Origin: Octopus sinensis
Taxonomy: Eukaryota
DNA length: 49,441 bases
Assembly: GCF_006345805.1 (NCBI RefSeq)
Contig: NW_021834342.1
Location: forward strand, 1-49,441
Direction of reading: 5' to 3'
Shown here one piece after another: positions 33,281 to 45,314 of this stretch; the first letter of the stretch is position 1, and each line of letters starts with the position of its first letter. Under the pieces are notes generated by a model. The model was not told where the DNA came from and made no database searches. It saw nothing but the letters and a program-made list of their open reading frames with translations. The translations under genes were made by a program, and so were the position numbers.

Positions 33281-33283
<3 letters not shown>
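32886..33283 (-). mobile_element. Full-length tRNA-derived SINE (abundant octopus family with CCTTGGGCAAG central domain)
   Basis: Minus strand AGGCGCAGGAGTGGCTATGTGG (A box)...GGTTCAGTCCC (B box)...GCACCTTGGGCAAGTG; ends in AAGAGT-like repeats; sits in (TA)n. Confidence 0.92.
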
Positions 33284-33316
<33 letters not shown>

Positions 33317-33334
33317 TCTCACTTCAAGATAAAA

Positions 33335-33387
<53 letters not shown>

Positions 33388-33821
33388 ACTTGTCATGTGA
33401 GTTTGAAACATTTAGTTGGAGTCTTGTATTTTGATTGGTTGAGTATTGCATGGAATAAGGATCTCGGATCCAATCATGTTGCACATATACATTCTAAAAC
33501 AATTAATTTGAATCATCACTGGAGCCTATCCTCTGCTTCTAAATAGTTTTGTCAAGTCATTTTATGAGCAGTGTGGTGATAGATTACCTGGAGCATTTTT
33601 TTTTTTGCTGTTATAATGAAGCACTTGTAGCCATTGACAGCTAGAGTTCAACTATCCTAACAATTGATGATCTATACAACCAACAGAATCCATGATGTGT
33701 TATTTGGCAGAGGAATAAAGTTGCACTGTTATTTTAAAGTTTGTTTCTTGTATTACTTCTATGAGTTGACGTGCTGCACATGTTATATAATGGTATACAA
33801 CATTCCTAGTCAGCTAAAATC

Positions 33822-34029
33822 TTTTATCTTTTATGTGTTTCAGTTATTTGATGGCAGCTATGCTGATGCACCACCTTGGAGAATTTTTAGTTGAATGAAT
33901 CGACCTCAGTATATTTTTTTAAAGACTGAAACTTATTCTATTGATCTCTTTTGTTAACTCACTAAGTTATGGGGACGTAAACACACCAACGCTGGTTGTC
34001 TAGTGGCAGTGAGGGAGACAAACACAAAG

Positions 34030-34060
<31 letters not shown>

Positions 34061-34206
34061 ATGAGCTTTTTTCAGTTTTCCTCCACCAAATGCACTCACA
34101 GGACTTTGGTCAGCCTAAGGCTATAGTTTGTGCCATGCTGTGAGACTGAACCCAGAATCATGTGTTTGGGAAACAAGCTTCTGACCACACAGCCATACCT
34201 GCACCT
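33822..34206 (-). mobile_element. Diverged copy of the same SINE
   Basis: Collinear homology to 32886-33283. Confidence 0.85.
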
Positions 34207-35503
34207 ATGTGTGTGTGTGTGTGTGTGTGCACATTCATATACATAAAAACATATATGCATATGTTCATATCTATACATGCACACATGCATACTTATTAAT
34301 ACCTTACCCACAAACCTTTAATCATCTCTATATTTGATTCCTTACTGTTGCTATGATTTTGACCACCACTCAGCACTTTATACAATCCCCTTTTTTAAAC
34401 AATTCTTTTTTTATAATCCCCTCACTTTTTAAAAAGCATCTTTTCTTATTTAACATGTTCTCTCATGTTCAACTTCTTTTTCTTTGAATATTATACATAA
34501 CTTCATCACTTTCATAACATTTCACATTATTTTTTGACTCTGCATCTTTCTCCTCTGCCCTTATACTTGTTTTTATGTTATCTTTTCTTACAAACTGTAC
34601 TGTTTTCTTCACTGTTTCTCCTACCTTTCCTTTTTTCTTATGCTTTCCTTACACCTATATCACATTCACACTTACTTACTTTTCTCCCCCAGCCATATTT
34701 TATCTCTCTCATGCTCCCTTGCACCCACCCTAGCAACTACCCACACTCAACATCGCTCATGCAACTCCTATCTCCTTACACATATACCCTCCTATATGTG
34801 CACATAACAATCTGCATCTTCCTCTCTTTCAAAATCCTTTCCATGGAACTGTATTCCCACCTGGCCCACGAAAATTTCTTCTTCTTTCCACTATTTTGCC
34901 TCCCTTTTCTTTTTTCTGATGAAGTACTAGTGTCCAAAGTGTTAGAGACCCTTTCCAGTTCCTTTCAAGTATTATACTAATAACACCTTTGTTAAAACTG
35001 TAGCTCTTGTGTTTTTTCTTGCTTTTTACTCATTCATCATGCCAGCATGAAAATGGGCATTAAATGATGATGGTGATGATGATGATGATATTTCAATATG
35101 CATGTTTACATATATGAACATACATAAAAATACACATTTACTCTCGTACACATATAGCAACCAGTAGATATGTATATACATGCATATGTATAAACATATG
35201 CTTACATACTCCCTCACCTATGTACACCTTAGACACTCATTATTCTTTAAAAAAACACACATGTATATATATTCATATATGCAGAGATATATACAAAAAA
35301 CCAAGTATGTACAAATCTAAACATACAGAGCTTTGCTGATATAGTATGTTATCTATTGAAATGAAATAAATTAAAATGATTTAAAAATAATCAAGAACTA
35401 TCAGATAAAAATTTTAAAAATTAATGAAAATTTTTTATGTCCAAAGGGTTTCAAAAGCAGAAAACAGATCAGTAAAGTATTTCTCATTGCCTACAGAACA
35501 GGT

Positions 35504-35917
35504 TGTAACAGGATGGGTTATCGATTCACTGAAAGGGTGTCGATCCGATCCAGTCACATACAAATTTTGTAAGACAATACAGACGAAGTCAGGTTGTAGG
35601 TAAAAGACAGCAGTTCGTTTATTTATTGTGATGGCGTACGTGTGTCTGATGGGAGAAGGACAGCCTCTGATGTACAGCTTCTTGTTCGTTTTGTTGAAGA
35701 GGTTCGATGGTCGTTGGCGGCTAAGTCGGTGAGTTTATCAGAGCCTGTGAAATGTACGTCCGATCACGTTGCTGACTTGCCAGAGAGAGGGATTTGAGTT
35801 TGGCGGGCCTAAGGGAACGTTTCCCACACATGCGCATGGAGAAGACTTCCGGTGGCCACCCGGAAGTAGTCCCATTCTGCGCATGCGCACCGAACCCTAC
35901 ACAGTAGCATCACTACA
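35504..35917 (-). repeat. 3' LTR (414 bp)
   Basis: Direct repeat of 40387-40801; preceded on the minus strand by PPT GAGGGGGAGCCT. Confidence 0.97.
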
Positions 35918-36051
35918 AGGCTCCCCCTCGAGTGCGAAAGTACGACAACAAGAAAATTTGTGGTGGTGCTGCAGAAAACAGATGGCTTGCCGATCCCCCA
36001 GAAGACTTGGTACATAATCTCATACAAAACAAGAAAAATTTTAAAAGAAAG

Positions 36052-39000
36052 TTAAATGTAGATTGTCTTTGAAAGTTTCTTGGGCCAATGCACTGTTCTG
36101 CCCGATTTTGTAACATATGGTGTGCTCGGGGCACCCGTTGACGGCGAGGGTGGTTTTGTAGGAGCCGGTGAAGGCAAAGGCGTCTGTGCAGGTGAAGGTG
36201 TTTGTGCAGGTGAAGGCGTTTGTGCAGGTGAAGGTGTTGTTAAAGGTGCATAGGTGGGTGTGTCAAGATTGTCATCAAAAGATGAAGACGTCTCAAAATG
36301 TGCTTTTTTTAAACGGTTCACGGAAACGGTCTCCGAACGACCATTTATCTCAATCGTGAAAACCTTTGGTGTGCGAGAAAGCACACGGAAGGGTCCTTTA
36401 TAGGGAGAAACAAGTGGGCCCTTCACAGAGTCGTCCCGAACAAAAACATGCGACCAAGTGTTCATATCCGGTGGAAGATGGGATGGTGGAGATTGCTTTC
36501 TGGGAACCATGGGTGGAAGGTTCGAAAAATATGCACGCAGTCTGGTGACATAGGTCGCCGGATCATGGGGCTGGGAAGTGTCTGGCACCAACATCGTACC
36601 AGGCAATGCCAGTGTGGTACCATACAGCAGCTCTGCAGCAGAAAACCCCAGGTCTGCCTTGACAGCAGTCCGACAGCCGAGAAGCACAATGGGCCGAAAT
36701 TCAATCCAGGACTGTGGGTCTGAAGAGGCACGAAGAGCGGCCTTGAGCTGTCTATGGAACCGCTCAACTAATCCATTAGACGCTGGATGGTAGCTTGTAG
36801 TGTGGATATGGTGCATACCCAAAATTTGCGACAATTCGCGAAATAGCGAGGCCTCAAACTGACGTCCACAATCAGTTGTCAATCGGGATGGGACTCCGAA
36901 GCGAGAAATCCAGTTTGAAACGAAAGCTCGCGCAACAGTCTCAGCAGAAATGTCTGCTATCGGAATGGCTTCTGGCCAGCGGGAGAAGCGATCGACACAA
37001 GTTAACAGATAAGAGAACCCGCGACTCACAGGCCATGGTCCAACCGGATCGATGTGGACATGGTGAAAACGGGCCTCCGTGGGTGGAAATTGTCCAAGCA
37101 GGGCACGAACGTGCCGTTGAATCTTGGATCGTTGACACTTGGAGCAGGTGCGTGTCCAAGAAGTAATAGTGCGACGCATATTCGGCCAGAAAAACTGAGC
37201 AGTGATTAGTTTAAGGGTGGCAGCGATGCCAGGATGTGATAAGGAGTGCAGTGCTTCAAACACTGAGCGTTGATGGTTTTCAGGCACGAGTGGTCTGGGA
37301 GAACCAGTGGAAGTATCACAAAGAATGGTGCCTTCGGCTGACAGAAGCGGAAGGTAGGAAAACTGGCAACAGGAGAACTTGGGAGAAGTTAAGTCTAACG
37401 ACGCCAAAGGTGGCTGCTCCTGCAAGATGGCAGCTAAGTCGATAGCAGCAGGAGACGAAAGGGCGCAAACTGGAAGGCGAGAGAGAGCGTCAGCAGGAAC
37501 GTTCTCCTTTCCAGGTATGTGTCGAATGTTGCTAGTGAATTGAGAGATAAAATCCAGGTGCCGGAAAGCACGAGGTGAGAGTTTGTCCGTTTTTGAACAC
37601 AGGGCAAACGTAAGGGGCTTGTGATCTGTATAGATCACAAAATCTTGCCCTTCAAGTTGATGCTGGAAATGACGAACCGATAGATAGATCGCTAGGAGCT
37701 CATGATCAAAGGTGCTGTATCGTCGTTCAGCTGGTTGCAGTTGACGGGAAAAGAAAGCTAGAGGTCAAATATGATCATCCACTGTGTGTTGTAACACAGC
37801 GCCAATCGCAGTGTCCGATGCGTCTACAGTCAAAGAGAGAGAAGCACCAGGAACTGGATGTGCAAGCAAAGAAACAGAAGCCTGCTCCTTCTTAATGGAC
37901 TCAAAGGCTGTCACTGCCTCAACAGAGAGGGTGACTTGACTGTCCTTTCTAGGAGAGTCCTTTAATAGCCTGGTGAGAGGTAGTAGCTTATCTGCACAAC
38001 CGGGAATAAAACGTCTGTAGAAATTGATCATCCCTAGATAATGCCTGAGCTGGTGCAAGGAAGTGGGGGGTGCGATGTGTTGAATGGCATCGACTTTTGA
38101 CGAGAGAGGGCTGATTCCACTCGAATCAATATGATGGCCTAGAAAATCTAGGGAAGAGCGTCCGAAAACACACTTGTCGGGATTTATACATATACTATAA
38201 GCGCGAAGGCGCTGAAAAAGCTGAGAAAGGTGCTGGAGATGACTTTCACGTGTGTCGCTCGCAATGAGTATATCATCGACATAGGCAAACACAAAATCAA
38301 GACCGCGGACAACGAAACGCTGGAAAGTGCTAGTAGCATTCCGCAAACGGAAACTCATATACAAAAACTCAAAACACCCAAAGGGGGTAGTGATCACAGT
38401 TTTCGGAACGTCGGCTGGGTTGACCGGTATTTGATGGTACACGCGTATAAGGTCGACCTTCGAAAAAATGGTACAACCATGGAGATTTGCCGTAAAGTCC
38501 TGGAGATTTCGGATCGGATATCGGTCGGCTATTGTTACGGCATTGAGGCGTCGATAGTCTCCAACCGGGCGAAAATCAGACTCGCCCTTTCGCGCCAAAT
38601 TAAGGGGAGATGCCCATGGGCTGGTGGAGGGGCGTATAAGGCCAAGTTGAAGCATGTGCTCAAACTCGGCCCTGGCCGTTTTTAGTCGGTCTGGCGCAAG
38701 GCGCCGTGGGCGCAAAAATACAGGCGGCCCAGTGGTGGTGATAAAATGGAGGGTCGAGTGGGTAGGCTTTTCCGGTTTAAAGGCAATGTCCACTAGCTCC
38801 GGAAATGAAACCAAAAGAGAGTGAAAAGGGTCTCCAGAGGTGGCAACAAAGAATGTCGGGCTAAGGACCGCAGTGGTGGAACTCCCAGTCGGTGTAGAGA
38901 GCGACGTCGTGCTATCAAGAAGCCTCCGACGCCTGACATCCACCAATAGATTAAACCTATCCAGGAAATCAGTGCCGAGAATAGGATGCGGGATGTCAGC

Positions 39001-39348
39001 GATGACGAAAACCCATTGAAAATCTCGACGAAGGTTGATGTCGAGGCGCAGCGAAATCTGACTGTAAGTGGTTATGGGAGACGAGTCAATAGCATGCAAG
39101 ACAATTGAAGAGCGCTTGGGCTTGTCTGCAGCCAGACGAAGAGGCCAGATGCTGCAACACGAGCCGGTGTCCACCATGAAGAATTTCTTCGACACCAGAT
39201 CTTTTACAAAGAATGCACGATTTTTGGGAAACGAGATGGAAGAAGGTGACGTGTTCCCCTCCTTTGGATTTAGTTTTCCGAGGGCTGGAAAGTGCATGGC
39301 TGGGTACACTGATCTGCCTTTTCGGCATACTTTGAATGGTACCAGCAC
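36052..39348 (-). pseudogene. pol (protease, RT, RNase H, integrase) with one in-frame stop at 37765-37767
   Basis: ORFs 37765-39348 and 36052-37638 share a frame. Motifs [33 protein letters not shown] and GLVERFHR. A 4-codon deletion is apparent at QRF/VVRGL. Confidence 0.95.
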
Positions 39349-40013
39349 CAGCCGGAACGAGAAACAGAATTACTCCGACTACGGGAAATAGAGCTACTGC
39401 GACTACGACTGCGAGGTTGGCACCCGATTGCACGGCACAGATCATCGATTCTCTGCATAAGCGCATCGATCTTCTCGGCTAGTTTATCGTTCGTCGGAGG
39501 TGTCGGAGGGGGCTCTGTACATACGTACAGGCCCCGCGAGGGAAATGGTCGCAAAAACTCTAACACTTTGTCGGCCATCGTGGCGATCTGGTCCACAAAC
39601 ACAGACTCCAGAGCCATGGCCAACATTGTCTGCACGTGGGCAGGCAGCCTGGAAAAAAATATTTTTCATAAGAGCAGCGCGTCCGCTGCGTTGCCGCTGA
39701 GCTCCCTTATATGGCGCAGGAACTGGGATGGAGTTCTGTCCCCCAACTGCTCGTCGGCCATCAGCTCATTGAACTGACTTTCCTCCGACCGCGTGTTGCG
39801 GCGGAGGATTTCTGCCTTTACTGACGCATATGTGGCGTCAGGGTGGGGACTCATAATGAGATCCCTGACCGATGTGGCGAGCCGGGAGGGCAAACTTGAG
39901 TACAGCAGATGTAACTGCTGTTGTGGAGGAATGGTATGCGCGGCAAAATGGGATTCCACCTGGGCAAGCCACAGCCCCGCATCCCCCGTGAATGAAGGCA
40001 AACCTGAAGCCAT
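39270..40013 (-). pseudogene. gag with one frameshift near 39670 and a CHCC motif
   Basis: MASGLPSF..WLAQVESHF...QLGDRTPSQFLR, continuing in another frame to WCWYHSKYAEKADQCTQPC. Confidence 0.9.
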
Positions 40014-40374
40014 GCTTTTGTCGGAAGGATCGTCTGTCGGAAAGGGGCAGAAGGTATGATCGAGAAATGGAGAGAGAACACATGGAACCGACAAAGCAAA
40101 TCAAAATTGTGTTTTTGTGTACTGGTGTGTGTACCTCATGGGTAGTAAAACAAGTGTGTGTGTGCACAAAGGAAAACAAAGTACAGAAAGGAAAAAAAAA
40201 ATAATGTGTGTGTGTTTTCTTTTTTTTTTTTCAGTGTACTGAGTGCGATGAATAAGCTTGTTTGTACCCACCTCGCCGTTCTGAAAGAAAGAAAAAATGA
40301 AAAAAATGAATGTTCAGTGCTCTATCTGGCAAAAACCTGTTCGCTGCGTCTTCTGTTCTTTTTTTTTTCAACTT

Positions 40375-40384
40375 GGGGTCACCA
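40375..40384 (-). other. Primer binding site complementary to the tRNA-Trp 3' end
   Basis: TGGTGACCCC begins 2 nt after the 5' LTR. Confidence 0.85.
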
Positions 40385-40386
40385 AT

Positions 40387-40801
40387 TGTAACAGGATGGG
40401 TTATCGATTCACTGAAAGGGTGTCGATCCGATCCAGTCACATACAAATTTTGTAAGACAATACAGACGAAATCAGGTTGTAGGTAAAAGACAGCAGTTCG
40501 TTTATTTATTGCGATGGCGTATGTGTGTCTGATGGGAGAAGGACAGCCTCTGATGTACAGCTTCTTGTTCGTTTTGTTGAAGAGGTTCGATGGTCGTTGG
40601 CGGCTAAGTCGGTGAGTTTATCAGAGCCTGCGAAATGTACATCTGATCGCATTGGCTGATTTGCCAGAGAGAGGGATTTGAGTTTGGCGGGCCTAAGGGA
40701 ACGTTTCCCACACATGCGCATGGGGAAGACTTCCGGTGGCCACCCGGAAGTAGTCCCATTCTGCGCATGCGCGCCGAACCCTACACAGTAGTATCACTAC
40801 A
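40387..40801 (-). repeat. 5' LTR (415 bp)
   Basis: Direct repeat of 35504-35917. Confidence 0.97.
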
Positions 40802-40825
40802 AGGTGAATACACTCTTCTGTATAT

Positions 40826-42061
40826 ATCATCATCATCATCATCATCATTTAGCGTCCGTTTTCCATGCTAGCATGGGTTGGACGGTTCTACTGGGGTCTG
40901 TGAAGCCAGAAGGCTTCATCAGGCCCAGTCAAATCTGGCAGTGTTTCTACGGCTGGATGCCCTTCCTAACGCCAACCACTCCGTGAGTGTAGTGGGTGCT
41001 TTTTACGTGCCACCCGCACTGGTGCCAGACAGAGCTGGCAAACGGCCACGAACGGATGGTGCTTTTTATGTGCCACCGGCACGAGGGCCAGGCGAGGCTG
41101 GCAACGGACACGAAACGGGGCGGTGCTGGCAACGGTCGCGAAACGGAAAGTTCTCTTACATGCCACCGGCACTGGTAACACATCTGCAATTTCCATTGAT
41201 CGATTTCCATTGATCGATTTCGATTCTGATCCTCACTTGCCTCAATGGGTCTTCACAAGCAGAGTTTCGACATGCCACCGGCACTGGTAACACATCCGCA
41301 ATTTCCATTGATCGATTTCGATTCTGATCCTCACTTGCCTCAACACGTCTTCACAAGTAGAGTTTTGTGTCCCAAGAAGGGAAGGTATGCATACGTAGGC
41401 TGGCTCCATCCCATGTAGAAGGCCATGGGTTGTGGACTCACTTGTCCTGCCGGGTCTTCTCGCGCACAGCACACTTCCAGAGGTCTCGGTCTCTAGTCAT
41501 TTCCTCAGTGAGACCTAAAGTTCGAAGGTCGTGCTTCACCACCTCGTCCCAGGTTTTCCTGGGTCTGCCTCTTCCACAGGTTCCCTCAACCGCTAGGGTG
41601 TGGCACTTTTTCACACAACTATCTTCATCCATTCTCGCCACATGACCATACCAGCGCAAACGTCTCTCTTGCACACCACAACTGATGCTTCTTAGGTCCA
41701 GCTTTTCTCTCAAGGTACTTACACTCTGCCGAGTGTGAGTACCGGCATTACACATCCATCGGAGCATACTGGCTTCATTTCTAGCGAGCTTACGCATATC
41801 CTCAGCAGTCACGGCCCATGTTTCACTGCCATGTAGCATGGCTGTTCGTACACACGCATGAACAGCCATGCTACATGGCAGTGAAACATGGGCCGTGACT
41901 GCTGAGGATATGCGTAAGCTCGCTAGAAATGAAGCCAGTATGCTCCGATGGATGTGTAATGCCGGTACTCACACTCGGCAGAGTGTAAGTACCTTGAGAG
42001 AAAAGCTGGACCTAAGAAGCATCAGTTGTGGTGTGCAAGAGAGACGTTTGCGCTGGTATGG

Positions 42062-42065
<4 letters not shown>
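40826..42065 (-). mobile_element. Young RTE LINE 3' portion with a 206-bp fold-back duplication at its 5' end
   Basis: (GAT)n tail, long 3' UTR with an internal ~70-85-bp duplication, and ORF end MLHGSETWAV...LRWYGHVARM. Inverted arms 41642-41847 and 41860-42065. Confidence 0.92.
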
Positions 42066-42119
<54 letters not shown>

Positions 42120-42659
42120 TCATATATGTACATCTCTGTGCATGTGTGTGTTTATGGTGCACATACATATTTGTGTGTGTGTACATGAGTGTCTACATGT
42201 GTGTCTGCATATGCTTGAGGTTCATTCATATAACATTTGCTTCTGTGGAAAATATAAAGAAAAATATTCTTAACAATATATTGTTTGAATCAATGTGCCA
42301 AATACTGTAAGACATGACTGAGTAAACCTATGAGAAGAGCAGTGCCCATGACTTTTTTTGATGGTGAAAGAGAGAAAGGAAGGCTCGAATATCAGCCATG
42401 TAGAAACTTTATAATGAATTAGTATTGAGCCTGAATACAAGGAGAAATCATGGTTGTCGCTTGTTAACAAAAGGTTAAGTAAAAAAGGAACATTTAATCA
42501 GAGAAAGAATGTGTGTGTATTAAACATTCCAAGCATACGGTTTTAAAACCATTTTATAATTATTTTATAGCCCTTTGGTACTGTTTTATAGCCATTTATT
42601 CATTATTGCACAAATGGGAGGATTGAATTCTGTTATAAAATGTAAGTTGAGTGCATGTA

Positions 42660-43874
42660 TTGGGTCATCCCCTAAATAAAAGTCATGGGGGGATGGGATA
42701 AACTACCTGCATCAACTTGCTATAAAAGCAGGCTGTAATTTTACCTTGTGCGTATTCTTAGTGCAAGTTTTGAACAGTGCAGTTCGATTTTAACAGTTAT
42801 TTTTTTCAAAGTTATAATGAAAGTGACAAAGGAGCATATTTGGCATATTTTGCTTTAAGAGTTCAACAACGCCATGAAAAGTGTGAGGAATATTAATGCA
42901 GTATACAGGGATCAGAGAATAAGCATAAGCCAGTGTCAATGGTGGTGCCAGAAATTCCGAGCTGGAAACCACAGCCTAGAAGACGAACCTTGTCCTAGAA
43001 GATCTGTAGAACTCAGCACAGATGTCTTACAAACCCTGGTGGAACAAAATTCCATCATAACTGTTGAGGAACTAGCAGAGAAGCTTGGATTTGGTCACTG
43101 AACAATTCATCAACACCTGCATGCCATTGGAAAAGTCTGTAAATTAGGTCAATGGGTTCCTCACAAACTTTCCAAGTCTAATCGCACACAGTGAGTGAAT
43201 GAGTGTTCTTTGCAGTCACGTCTCACAAATGAACCATTTTTATACTGAATAGTGACTGGTGATGAGAAATGGGTTCTCTATAAAAATGTCAAGCACCAAA
43301 GACAGTGGGTGGGGAAAGGAGAAACACTGGCACTCCAGGCTAAAGAAGATCTTCACCCATGTAAAGTGTTGTTATCTGTTTGGTGGGATATCAAAGGTTT
43401 AGTCCACTTTGAACTTTTAAACCAAAACCAAATGATAACAAGGGAAATCTACTGTGAGCAGCTTGAGCAGCTTAAGTCAGAAGGAAAATGACCATCTTTG
43501 GTTTCAAGATGAAAGGTGTTCTTCCATCAGGATAATGCTTGGTCACATACAGCGAGGATGACATTCCGAAGCAGTTTCCATGGGAAACAATGCTCCACCC
43601 ACCATATTTGCCGGACATTGCCCTATCAGATTATCATTTATTCTGCAGTCTTCAAATATAAATTCTGTAGACAAGGTCAGAACAGTGCTGGAAGTGTATT
43701 CTTTGTCACAGACAAGTACATTTTGGAAGAGGGGCCTTTCAAGTGTACTAGATAGAAGAACAATGTAGAAAATGAAGGAGAGTATATTTTAATATTAAAA
43801 AAGAACTTTGTTTACCTTAATTTTGAAAAATAAAAGAAGTATTAAAAAACTGCATTATTTATGGGATGACCCAA
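42660..43874 (+). mobile_element. Full-length decayed mariner (Mos1/Hsmar1-like)
   Basis: TIR TTGGGTCATCCC(C/A)TAAATAA at both ends with TA TSDs. Motifs WVPHKL, VTGDEKW, LSVWWD and FHQDNA. Confidence 0.92.
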
Positions 43875-44886
43875 TATATTATTTGAGGTAGTTCAATGCC
43901 CTTTCTACTGCTCACAACTTAACATTAAACTAGCAAGTTTCTCATAATTACTACACTTATTATATTACATATAAACAATGATATAATGGTGAAAGGTGCT
44001 TTACATATGGGATATCTGGTTATAGATAGAATAAGAATATCAGGTTGGTGAGCGTGAGATGAGGAAAAGTAATGTGTATCCAACAGATAAATACTGAGTA
44101 TGATGGCTATAACAAGTTTTCTTCTTTTGAGTATTTGATTGACTGGTCGTCATTGTCATCGTTGTCATCATCATCATTGTCGTCGTCATCATCATCATTT
44201 AACACCTGTTGTCTATGCTGGCATGGGTTGCACAGTTTATCTGTTTATATTTACCAGTGATGTTAAACTTACCACTGATGTTATATACTTTGTTGTGGGT
44301 TAAGGTTTGAGATAAATCTTTAATTCCAACTGTTTGCTGTAGGTTATGCAATGTATGGTACCAATTCATGTAAAAAATGTCATCATCACTTCCATAGTGA
44401 AGTAATTTAATATCTCTCACCTTTACAGCTATCTTGTCCTTAAATTTTGTAAATAATCCATGTTTTTCAGCTTGTTACTGAACCTGAAAAGTAGGAATTC
44501 AGTTGGTTAAACAATTAAATGATCATTGAGAAAACAGTGAACTCACCAACCAGATAACAATGAATACACATCCAAATGTTTAAACTACATCATATTTTAC
44601 AAAAATATTAAATAAAGGTAATTATTTAACTGCTGAGTTCTTAGGGTTATTTTACATCAAATTTATTCAATTTTAAAAGACTACTGAACCTCAGCACACT
44701 TCTTGCCATGAAAACTTTCATTACCAGATTAAGGCCTTGAAAGCTGTGTAAACTTACAGTAGTGTACAAACAAGCAAAATCACCATCCTCTGAACAGTTT
44801 TCTGCTAGTCATTACAATTGGATAGTTGGGCTTAATGCATAATTATCGTTATTAGACTGATGAAAAAGAAAACTCAGTACATTCAA

Positions 44887-45290
44887 CAGGTATGGCTGTG
44901 TAGTAAGAAGTTTGCTTTCCAACCACATAGTTCTAGGTTCAGTTCTGTTGCATGACATCCTGGACAAATGTCTTCTATAGCTTTGAGCTGACCAAAGGCT
45001 TGTAAGTGGATTTGGTAAACAGAAACTGAAAGAAGCCCATTGTGTGTGTGTGTGCATGTGTGTGTGTGTGTGTGTGTATGTACGTGCATACATATATGGG
45101 TGTATCAATGTGTGTGTTTTTGTGTTTGTCCCCCTTCCTATTGCTTGGAAACTAAACTAGTGTTGGTTTGTTTATGTCCCTGTAACCTAGAGGTTTGGCA
45201 AAAGAGACCAATAAAATAAGTACCGGGCTTTAAAAAAATAAGTGCAGAGCTTGATTCATTCAACTAAAACCCTTCAAGGCAGGGCCTCAG
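44887..45290 (+). mobile_element. tRNA-derived SINE, diverged
   Basis: Plus-strand copy of the 32886-33283 family. Confidence 0.85.
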
Positions 45291-45314
45291 TATGTATTTA
45301 TCTTTCTATCTATC

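Larger units (their letters stand above)
35504..40801 (-). mobile_element. Near-intact CsRN1-clade Ty3/Gypsy provirus (5298 bp)
   Basis: LTRs 40387-40801 and 35504-35917 (TG...CA, about 97% identical). 4-bp TSD AGGT (35500-35503, 40802-40805). tRNA-Trp PBS, PPT, CHCC gag and PR-RT-RH-IN order. Confidence 0.97.

Noticed and set aside
34534-34980. 148-aa hydrophobic ORF or possible Penelope relic
   Set aside because: Pyrimidine-rich low-complexity sequence; no GIY-YIG or RT motif could be recovered with confidence.
38230-39391. Antisense ORFs (151 aa, 107 aa) within the young provirus
   Set aside because: No recognisable motifs; expected shadow ORFs of a GC-richer pol.
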